A DNA stretch of 20,000 nucleotides from Rotaria socialis (taxonomy: Eukaryota): NCBI GenBank assembly GCA_905331295.1, contig CAJNYD010000132.1, positions 177,843-197,842 of the forward strand, in the 5' to 3' direction. The notes below the pieces were generated by a model that was not told where the DNA came from, did not search any database, and saw only the letters and a program-made list of their open reading frames with translations. Of the stretch, positions 1 to 10,270 are shown one piece after another (the stretch's first letter is position 1; each line of letters begins with the position of its first letter). The translations under genes were made by a program, and so were the position numbers.

Positions 1-3000
1 CGACAACAGAACGTAAATCTTTTGAGCGAAGTACACCACTTGTTGTTGTTGAACTATCTACAGTGGCTGTACCGCTATGACTAATAAATATAGTTGTATT
101 TGGTGTTGAAGGATTATCATCATCTTCAATATCATCATCATCATCGTCTTCTTCTTCTTCTAGAATAAGAAATTAAGAAAAAAAGAATTTGAAAAATTTT
201 GCTTTTAAAATAATCGAAAAAGAAAATAGTTTTTGTATTTACCACTTTCTACAATTTTATTGAGTTTTGGTAGATTCCCTGATTGTTGAATTGCAGCAGC
301 AGTTTGACTATAGATAATAATATTATTTACGATTTTTATTATTGAAATAAACAAAATTCTTACTCAATAGGTGGGGATGACTCAGAATTTTCATCTTCTT
401 CAAGGATAATTCTCATAGCTTGAGTTTGTGTTGGTGTATTGGTATTTGTTGAGCGTTGTTGTAATGATGGTCGTTCTTCTTCATCTTCAAGTAAAGCTGC
501 AGAGAGAAAAATCATTTTTTTAAAATAATTATATCATTAAAAGCAGTGCTTTTTAAAATGTGTATTTGCTTTTTTAAATATAATCCCCAATTTATTTGTG
601 ATGTGAATTCCCACCAAACTATGTAAGTTCATACGCAACCAAATTCACTACTTATCCGTTATTGACAAGATATACTCTTCATAAAATAAAATTCAAAGAT
701 ATTGAGGTTTAGCAGTGTAAGCAGAAGAAAAGTTAGTAAATGAAGTAATTTCAGTTCTTTGAACATGTCTACTTAGAAAGCTGTGAATCTTCTAGAAAAG
801 AAATAACCCAAATGGTTCTCAATAAACTTCTATGAGAATTTGAACTAACTCAAGTGTATTAAAAGCATTCAAGGGACATTTATAGTACTTTATTTTCAAT
901 TTAGAAACTTGTTAATCTGTACGAATAGAACAATAGCAGCAAAATCTCATTAGAACTATTCATTCATAAATAGTTAGTAAAGTACCAATAATGACAAAGT
1001 GCCATGCTTAGCTGTTGTCTGAAGTGTAGCGTTTTACTCTTTCTCTTTTCACCTATATAACGCAAATAGATATCGCCTACACTATTCAAACATTAGAATT
1101 TCTCAAGATAGATACACGTTAAGAAGATCACGAACAGGATCACGTGTACTATTTAAATCATTTATCTGATTGTGTTCTATTCATAATTGCTACACTAATG
1201 ACTTCTCTGAACTATAACTATGTCATCATGGTCAACTGCCCAATATTTAATTAAACACATTGAAATCGATTGAATTCATTATAATTGTTTTTCATTTCGA
1301 TTTCTGTATTTTAATTGCAAATGGATGACCGATAAAAATGCTTCTTTTCGCGTTTATAAAACGCAATTAAAATAGTATATAAATCATTTATGTGCATGAG
1401 ATTGTTGTGACGATCAAAATATAAATCGCAATGTTAGAAACAAAAGCATTTATAACTACTTATCAATCACGTCCTACCATTATCAAAATAAAGTTGAAAC
1501 TGAACAGTTCTATGTTCATTTGATTCTGAATCACACTGTACAACTAAGAAAACAATTTTCTTTTTTCTTTTTTTCGTTTCAAGTAAATGTACTTTCATTA
1601 AATGAAACTGATGTTTTTTATATATTTTCTAATTCAATGCAAGAGCAGGCTTACTAGTTTTTGTCTTTTACCTGGCAAAGTTTGTTCACTTGAAGAATCA
1701 ATTGAATGTCTCGATGTGGTTAATACTGGCGGTATGTTTTCTTTCCCCGAGCTAGAAAACAAAACAAAACAAATGTTAACACAAAAAATAAATAAAATTT
1801 AATTGCAAAAGCATTTAAAACAAGAAAATTAAATAAATATTCCTCATATCCCCACAGCAAATAAAAAGCAATAATCCTTATCATCATCTTACAAACTTAA
1901 ATTCTCTAAATCATTATTATCCATATTCTCATCAACAAATGAACTTTGTCTTGTAAGTGGCAAAGATACATCAGCAAAATGAAAGCTAAAATAAAAGAAT
2001 CACAAGTCTAACTACAGTTTGTAAGAAATTCTCTCATTGATTCTTCATTCTATATGTAAACATGTTTTTCTATGTCAAATAAAATTTTGAAATTCAAAAC
2101 AAAATTTACTTTGATGACGATGATGCGGACATAAAAACTCCGATTTGTTCCGTAAATGGATCAGTAGCTGGTTGTAAACGTCGTTGTCGTTTTACATTAC
2201 GTTCATTATCATTGAGTTTTTCGTATAAACGATCGTTTAAAATTTTTTCAGCAAGAAGATAATATGTTGCTGTTATATGATTATATTGATCTTCATTCAA
2301 AGCTCTAAAAAACAACAATAATAAAAAATCAACATACACTATGATGATATTTACTGTAGGATTGCATCACGTTCAGCTATATTTCCATCGGTCATTTGCT
2401 GAAGAATTGACTCATGATCATCGAGTGATATGGTTTTATGTGAAATTAATGGTAACGAATCAACATAATGTTGATCCTCTACATCCTCATTATCGTCATC
2501 ACATTGGCGATACCATATATCAGACATAACTTCATCTAATGTTGAACGTTTTTCTGGTTCACGTACAATCATATGATGAATTAAACTAAAAATAATACGA
2601 TAAAAAAATAATGATATTTTTAATATCCTACTTTTGGCATTCGGATGAAATATTCGGTGGAAGTTTATAACAACAATCTAAAATCATCATTACTGTTTCG
2701 GAATCATTTGCTTCTTGGAATGGTGCTCGCCCAGTAACAAGCATAAATAATATGACACCTAAACTCCATATATCTATAAAAATAAAAATAAACTTTGTTT
2801 TTCATTCAGGTCTTTCTTATTTCAACTATTATTACCAACGGCTGGGGCATCATATGGGTCACCAAGTAGAATTTCTGGTGCTGAATAAGCCAGAGATCCA
2901 CAGCTAGTGAGTAATTTTTTACCAGGTGAAAATTGATTGGAAAACCCTTTGAGAAAGAAAACAAGAAGGAATTCTATTGATCTTCTAATCAAAAAAATCT

Positions 3001-4677
3001 TCTTACCAAAATCGGTTAGTTTAACAATGCCTTGTTTTTCAAAAAAGACCAAATTTTCCGGCTAAAAAATATCGATAAAGTACATGTTTAATAATTCTTT
3101 TTGTTTTGTTTGAATTGATAAAATTAAAATTAATTAGAATTATGAATAATGCATTAGTGAAAAATCATCCTTTATATTTTTCTAGCTTGTCAATTTTTTC
3201 TGCCTTGATTGATGATGCAACACATTCAAGGACTGAGAAAGGAGATCATTCAAGTGATTAATTACTTTTGTGTAAGAAGAATGTGCATGGCTTACAGCCT
3301 TAAGAGTTATGAATACCCTAAGAAGAATTCAGCCTAGCCAACTTATTAGAATGTAGATAATGCATTTTTTTCTTTTTAATCAATACTAGAATCTCTCGAT
3401 TGAGAACATCAAATTGTCAGATTTCTGTCAGAAATATGTTTTTAACATTATCATATCTTCAGATACTAATTGATGATGAGTGAATAACAATAACTGTTCG
3501 CATCAACATCTTTATAAAATTTGAAATTGAAAATCATTTTTCCCACGCTTTGGTTTAGAATAAAGCAAAAAGAAAACATAGAATAATCAAAAATTCTTCC
3601 AAGATAATCATAAGAACCTAAATAATGTCGATGATTCCGACGCTCAAGTTATTCATCATTTCTAGGATTTCTCTCATTAGTGAAAACGACTTTTCCTTCT
3701 GTCAGCTGTTACGAATTAATAAAAATGAATAGCTCTGCACTTTTACAATGGTAAGTATAAATATATTGCTTTCATTTCCATCATTAATAATGTAATTTAT
3801 AGCTGAAAACGTTGCCTGAAAAAAGTTATGCATTACTGAATAATTTTAATTATAATTAATTGAAGTGAATATATACAGGAATATTCATAGTAGGCTTTTA
3901 TTTTTCATTTTTCATTAAAACATTTTTTGTTTTGTTTTGTTTTAAATAAGAATCATTCTATTCGAAACAATTATATATATTTTTTTGATGTCTTCATGTC
4001 TAGATCCTAATGAAATTTGTTTTTTGTCGGATGGCACTCTTATAATGATTTCTTTCATTTTCTTGATTATCAAAGCAAAACTTCTGTATGATCTGCACTC
4101 ATATTTGTTTTTGAAAATATAATCTCATTTATTTTGTTTTTTATTTTTACGAACTATTTTTTATTTTTCTCTTACTTTAAGATCACGATGGCACACATGC
4201 ATTTCATGGCAATATTTAAGTGCTCGGCATATCTGTCGAAAATATCGTCGAGCTGTAGATTCATTAAGACCATTCGCATGTCTCATAATATAATCATACA
4301 TATCACCGCCATCACCGAATTCTAATATAAGATAAAGTTTATTTGGTGTATCAATAACTTCATATAGACGGACAACATTGGGATGTTGAACTAATTTCAT
4401 GCACATAACTTCTTGAAATAAATGAGCTTTTGATATATCATCAAGTTTTGTTTTATCAATAACTTTAACTGCAACTTCTTTCTGTGTAAAAACATGACGA
4501 GCAAGTTTTACAACAGCAAAATGGCCTGTACCAATTGTTGCTCCTTTGTGAATGAAAATAAAAGCGTAATCAAATAAGAATAATAGATTTCTATGACTTA
4601 CCTAAGGTATAAAGACCGCTGACTAAATTTCGTAAATCTGAGAGTCGACGTTCGCTAGACATATTTGGTTGATACAT
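1..4677 (-). CDS. SNRK: SNF-related serine/threonine kinase (AMPK family), multi-exon, 3' end outside the window
   Basis: Hand-spliced minus-strand exons 4677-4602, 4543-4176, 3061-3007, 2946-2836, 2773-2632, 2585-2355, 2304-2110, 1985-1893, 1751-1672, 496-364, 307-243, 159-<1. All introns are GT-AG and phases are consistent. The translation [26 protein letters not shown]...[12 protein letters not shown]...[43 protein letters not shown]...[66 protein letters not shown] and the UBA-region [22 protein letters not shown] closely match SNRK as I recall it. An alternative in-frame start lies at 4662. The C-terminal low-complexity exons are less certain. Confidence 0.95.
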
Positions 4678-5866
4678 AACTACATTTTCTTGATATTTAT
4701 TTACTTTTACATAATTATGAATAATGGTAAGAAATGAGATTCCATTGATCGAGTCTAAACGACAGAAACAATAGAAGAACAAAAAAAAACGATGCCATGA
4801 TTGATTAGGCAAAAGTTGCATTAGAATGAAGAAGAAAAAAAAAATAAAAAAAAGTATGAGTCTGTCAACATCTAATTAAGATATATGACAAACATTGTCA
4901 AGTAAAACATGTCAAATATTTATGGAAAAAAGAGTTCGTATAGCTAAAGGCAATCATGTTATTAAAGATTATTTCTCGTTGTCATATGATTTAAGACAGG
5001 CCGATAGGGATCAATGGCACTTTTTTCTTGTAGCAATTGAAAATTCAACGAAACATCAACATGAATGGTTATCTATCAACGAGTAGTCTCAGCTTCAAAA
5101 AATTTGAAAAAAGAGCACAACCAAAGTTTGCTTTTTTTTCAATAAATTATCTCTTTTACTGTATACAAAAACAACATTATTAAACATTAATTTTCTTACC
5201 AATGACTCTGTAATCTCAAATATAAGTGAGTTTATTCTATGTGAAGTGAACGGATTATTACTTTTTTTTAATCTTGTCTATCATCGTAACCTGTTCGTCT
5301 ATTTTGTGTGTGAAGACAGCCGTCAATAAACTAACGATAGATAGAAGAAAAAAAAAAGAGGGAATACTAACGAATTGGTCTTGTTTTTCTCTTCTCTTAT
5401 TTTACATGCAGACACGCACATAATAGATATATATATTTTTTTCTTTTTCACTGTACTGCGGAGGTTATTAACTTTATCTATAAAATATGGATGCATATCA
5501 TTCATGGTATATCTCCCATTAGACAGAAAACATCCACATCTGCTCCTTTTGTATTATTTTATTTGCCAATAAATCAAACAGCGAAAACAATTATCGAAAC
5601 AAAAAATATCTATGCTATGTTCGACTATGGATCCATTTAATTTAATACTGTTCTTATGTTTTGTTTTTCTTCTTTCATCATTGAGGATATTAACCAGCTC
5701 AGAGATCATGCCGATCATCAATAACAGGCAGGTTTATTTTCAAACGAAACCGTACTCATCAATTTCATCATTGCTACTGAATGTATTGATGGAAAAAAAA
5801 AATATTAATGCTTTTTTTATGAGATGATTGTGTGGGAGATGGACAGTTTGATTCATTCATTCGATA

Positions 5867-7144
5867 ATGTTCTTGCGTATTCATATAATCTCAGTCAGTT
5901 TCTTCATTGGATATGTTCTATCAGAAGATATTTTACTTCCATCATTTATTATGGACACCCAGCCATTATCTGCGCAATCATCATTTTATCTTTGTCATCT
6001 ACATCAATTAAAAAATTCAAACGATCTTTTTCTTCAAGGTTATAATATAATTAATGGCGCGCACACAGGTCATGTTCACCATTTACTTCTTTACGAATGC
6101 TCGATCAAGGATAATCTAATATATTCAGGATTGTGTGGAATATATAATGCACGTTTAATGCCTTCATCTGTTTATCGTTATTGTCAAACGCGTATTATAA
6201 TAGCATGGGCTCGAGGTGGCCAACTCAACTATGATTATCCGATAAAGACAGGATTAAAAATGATTTCATCTACACAACTTCTTCTTGAAGTTCATTTTGA
6301 ACCATCTATTCCACACAATCATTCCATTGGTATTCAATTACGATTCTATCCATTAAATGAAAAACCTCAATATGAAGTAGGTGTTTTAACATTAGGTACA
6401 TTAGCTAATTCACCGCTATTTCTTCCTCCAAGTCTTAATACAATAAGTTTTCCAACATATTGTTTTAATGATTGTTTAAAAGGTTTTCTTAAAAATAACT
6501 TAGTTATCAACATGTTTTCTATTCTTGTTCATGCACATCAACGTGCAACTCGCATAATTCTCGAGAAGAATAATAATTTCGATCGATTAATTGATCAAAA
6601 CCCATTTAAATTTCATCAACAAGAAATGATTTATTTTCATAAACCTTATCCACAAATCAATTCAACCAATGAACTTTCCTTAATATGTTATTATTCAACG
6701 CAAAATGATCATTTGAAAGGTATTTATGGTGGTTATGATTCAAATAATGAAATGTGTCAAGCATTTATTTATTATTATCCAAAAGTGGAATCATTTCCAT
6801 TATGTCTTTCATTACCTGTTTATAAAAATAAACATTTAATGAATAATAAACGAAATTGGACTAATAAATTAAGTTTATTTATCAAAGATGAATTAGAATC
6901 AAATATAAATCATCTTAGTCTGTGTGGCGATAATATCTATTTTAATCAAAGCAATAAAACTATGCTTCAAACAAAATTATATCAACGTTCCATGAAAAAT
7001 TTTAAACAATATTCATACGTTTATTTACGCTTTTCTTCTATTTTTTATACAACTATCACTAGTATTCTGCTAATTTCTATTATTTATTGTTATTTAATTA
7101 TAAACAAATGCTTACATTCTTTTTCTAATGGTGGCACTTTGTAG
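5867..7144 (+). CDS. Copper type II ascorbate-dependent monooxygenase (DBH/MOXD1/TBH-like), single exon, no DOMON domain, signal peptide plus C-terminal TM
   Basis: Uninterrupted 425-aa ORF. CuH ligands are H71/H72 (HVHHLLLYEC) and H143 (LLEVHF); CuM ligands are H222/H224 (VHAH) and M296 (GGYDSNNEMCQAFIYYYPK). DBH/MOXD-type motifs C..RIIIAWARGG, LFLPP, C.NDC and CYYST are present. Hydrophobic N-terminus of about 19 aa and a hydrophobic segment near aa 391-412. Confidence 0.9.
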   Translation: MFLRIHIISVSFFIGYVLSEDILLPSFIMDTQPLSAQSSFYLCHLHQLKNSNDLFLQGYNIINGAHTGHVHHLLLYECSIKDNLIYSGLCGIYNARLMPSSVYRYCQTRIIIAWARGGQLNYDYPIKTGLKMISSTQLLLEVHFEPSIPHNHSIGIQLRFYPLNEKPQYEVGVLTLGTLANSPLFLPPSLNTISFPTYCFNDCLKGFLKNNLVINMFSILVHAHQRATRIILEKNNNFDRLIDQNPFKFHQQEMIYFHKPYPQINSTNELSLICYYSTQNDHLKGIYGGYDSNNEMCQAFIYYYPKVESFPLCLSLPVYKNKHLMNNKRNWTNKLSLFIKDELESNINHLSLCGDNIYFNQSNKTMLQTKLYQRSMKNFKQYSYVYLRFSSIFYTTITSILLISIIYCYLIINKCLHSFSNGGTL

Positions 7145-7175
7145 AATTCTAGAAAATAATTCTTATATTATTAGA

Positions 7176-7181
7176 AATAAA
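7176..7181 (+). terminator. Candidate polyadenylation signal of the monooxygenase gene
   Basis: AATAAA about 30 nt after the TAG stop at 7144. The hexamer is common in AT-rich DNA. Confidence 0.35.
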
Positions 7182-7812
7182 AGAAAAGAAACAGCAATAA
7201 GACTTACGATTAAATGGGTATTTCAATGATTCTAGTTATAATACAAACATGCAAAATTGCTTTTTAAGCAAAACGTAAACATGTACAAGAAAGTTTTGCT
7301 TTTTTTCTAAAATAGAATAAAAAATTCCATATATAGACGAGAAAAATAAATCAAGTTTTACATCAGCTCAGACAGCCAAGACAAACAACATAACATACAT
7401 TCAGTATTATTAAGCGTAATCGTGTCTTTTTTTTATTATCACTGCTGATATACGAAACTAATTGGTCGTGTAAACATAAATATATCTGATACGTTAATCA
7501 ACAATTTTATGAAATGAGCCGTGAGTAAAACCAAAAACAAAAGAGATGAAGAAAACAAAAATTCAAAATATATCCTGATAACCAAAAATTAAAGTAAAAA
7601 TATTAAAATTTCACTAAAAAAATACTGAGAAAACAAAACAGATTGAATCTATCTATTATTCGATTCATTACTTTTTTTTTCTATTAACTATTCAATCTCA
7701 ACTCTCCCTCGATTGAATTAAAAATGAGCCATTAAAATATCACAAAAAGTTATTATATAAATATTGCATAATAAGAAAGAAGCAGTCCTTTTTTATGTGT
7801 TGCAAAGGTTTA

Positions 7813-10270
7813 CTAAATGACTTTTTGAATACGTTTAAACTCTTTTAACACCGGTAAATTAAGCATAGTTTCACTATCAATATCATTCCAATTAATTGCA
7901 TGTGGACGTGTAAATGTATTATTTGTATAAATTATACGTTTAGGTGTAATAATAACGTTCACAGGTCTAAAAATATCATAGGAGAGAGTTTAAAAACACG
8001 AAACAATGATTGAATAACATACAAATCATGTTCGGTCATGACCGATGCTGGTAGATCATTAAGTAATTGACTTTCATGTACAGTTGTAACAACCAGTGTT
8101 TTATTATTGCATGCACCTAATTGATACATCATGGCATATTCAATGTCACCATAGCCTTTGCCTTTGCCTAGAAAAATGAGAATGGTGTTATTTTTTATTT
8201 ATAAACAATAAAATCTATCTGAGTACGATATTTAAAAGCGGGTGTTTTATGGGTGGATGTTTTTCTTCCTAGCTTTTGTGATGCACTTTAGTCTTTGCAT
8301 TATATACAAAATCTATTTAGTGAATGATAAGCATCAAAATACTGCGAAAGGGCATGTAGTACGTCTGAGTCTTGTTTGAAATGAACAAATACAAGGACAT
8401 TTTATACTTGTTGATGTTTAATTTGTTATCGAGAAAGCACTTAATAGAGAAGCTCATAAGAATTCTCAAGTCAATAATCAATTTAGATGCTTGACTAATG
8501 AAATAAGTTTGGGTAAAATTTATTGCTGTTGTCGAAAATGACAGACATTTTTGCATCTACTGTGGATTCATTGAATAGACACATTCCAAAGAAATATTAT
8601 CGATCACAATAGAATCATGTCCAACTGTGATCGGTTGCTTGAGTCCACATTGAATCTCCTCAGTAAGAGGCCCTAGTTAGCCTGGAAAGATTCTTATTCA
8701 TGTGTTTTCGAACCCTTGCAGTCATGATCATTAGACTGAATTCAAGACCTAGAATTCTATCTAAATATAGATCAAATAGACTTGAAAAAAATGTGTGCAT
8801 GACTAAAGAATATTGTCGTCGAAATTCAGTATATTGGCCAAGGAGAATCATTGTCAACTGAAATTATCCAGAAATGCTACTGATATTTATGTGAAAATAC
8901 CTATGAAAAATGCAATAAAACATACATGAATCGACTGCAATGATCTCTAACGACACATAGAGCTTTGGTTTTCGTTTTCGTGAGTGATTTGAACATTTTT
9001 CAATTAATAATACAAACTATACGCAGATGTTAGAACTCAACTAATTGACTTTCCCAGAATAAAAATTAAAATTCTGACTTGATTTTCATAGGCAAGACTA
9101 AGCAATTTTGACCTTAGAAATAATAATGAATGTTTTTTCTCTGAATTAAAGATAAAAGAAATCGAATTGGCGATAACACGCACAAAAAGAAATATATTTA
9201 TTGACATTCTAACAATAGTGAAAGTTTTCTCATAAAAGAAATTTGTTTTTGCTTCTTCTTACCTAAACGAGCCCCACTTATTGGATTAACAATCACGGAA
9301 GCAACAACAAAAATATCGACATGTAAATTTCCAATAGCCGTTAAATTAACTATTGTACCTAGAGCAGCGGCGCCTATAAAGCAAGTATTTATTATTAATA
9401 TTCATGCTTTTCTTTTATTAAAAAATAAATTTTACCAGATTTTGTGGCTGCTCTTGCTAAATCGTGATTGCGTAAAAATGTTGGATCGAGTTTGTAGCAA
9501 ATTGCATCATCAATAGATGGTGCTGGAGTAAGAACTACTTTTCCTAAAATAGAAAAAAATTTAATATTCTAAATGAAAAAAATAAGAGTTAATTTTACAA
9601 TCGAATTACCTTGGCATAATGAAAATAAACGTAAGTGTTCTTGTGCAAGACTTGGACAAATCTCAATAACGCGTGCTCGTTGAAATTCTTCAAGTTGTGC
9701 TAAATTCGTTGAACAATTCGGATTGTTTCGAAAATTTGGAATACGTCCATGAACTAAAAGAAAACAACTAAATAAAACTTTGGGTTTTTTTCCATACTTG
9801 AACGTACCAGGATGTGGATATAAGATTTCATTTTTCATTTCCATTATATCCCAAACAAGTGTACGCGCACGTGCTTTGATCAGTTGAAGTGTTGTATCAA
9901 TATTTGTCGTTGTCATTGATTGATGTGTATTTTCATGATACGATTGGATCCAACTGCCAATTTGAGATAGTTTCGATAGAATTCCTGATTGCTTCAGTAT
10001 ATGGTCAATATGAATTGATTTATGACATAAATCATTTAGAGATATCCATAAATGAACAGTATCACGTTCGACAGACATTTTCTCTTTATTTGCTGAAGGC
10101 GATTGTGAATGAGCATAGTTAATTTTCGAATTTTGACGAGAAATAGGTGGATCAATTTGATTGATATAGTTTAATTCAAGTGAAGATATATGCGGTATTA
10201 GTAAAGCACATATGCAGATATCAGTTTCAGGGCCAAAAGCAATAAATCGACCGTGCTCTTTGAAATCAAT
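7813..10270 (-). CDS. MTHFSD: Methenyltetrahydrofolate synthase domain-containing protein (5-formyl-THF cyclo-ligase family), divergent; 5' end unresolved
   Basis: Minus-strand exons 10270-9808, 9753-9610, 9543-9436, 9373-9263, 8167-8023, 7966-7813 (TAG), all GT-AG and phase consistent. The translation IKARARTLVWDIMEMKNEILYPHPVHGRIPNF...VDIFVVASVIVNPISGARLGKGKGYGDIEYAMM..LGA....LVVTTVHESQL...HDLPVNVIITPKRII....RP.AINW.....ETMLNLPVLK matches the MTHFSD pattern (PVHHRIPNF, RIGKGEGYADLEYAMM, VVTIVHDCQ, HDITVDYILTPTRVI). The first Met in the large exon is at 10078 and another is at 9916. The frame stays open up to an AG acceptor at 10272-10271. Confidence 0.9.

Noticed and set aside
115..160. (TCA)n/(TCT)n trinucleotide repeats
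   Set aside because: They encode the acidic E/D tract of the SNRK C-terminal region and are not an independent element.
497..1671. Long SNRK introns (497-1671 and 3062-4175) as hosts of snoRNA, miRNA or TE
   Set aside because: By eye I saw no paired C/D boxes with terminal stem, long hairpin or terminal repeats; an Infernal/Rfam scan would be needed to exclude this.
1602..5572. Short ORFs in the track (1602-1802, 2341-2529, 4134-4325, 4895-5086, 5323-5505, 5375-5572)
   Set aside because: They are antisense shadows of SNRK exons or F/I/K-rich translations of AT-rich non-coding DNA, with no recognisable motifs.
5612..6045. ORFs 5612-5827 and 5824-6045 as an upstream part (e.g. DOMON) of the monooxygenase
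   Set aside because: No DOMON-like motifs, no convincing in-phase splice into the 5867 ORF, and that ORF has its own signal-peptide-like start.
8317..8857. Minus-strand ORFs 8317-8556 and 8660-8857 as extra MTHFSD exons
   Set aside because: Splicing 9263 to 8167 already restores the contiguous GARLGKGKGYGD motif.
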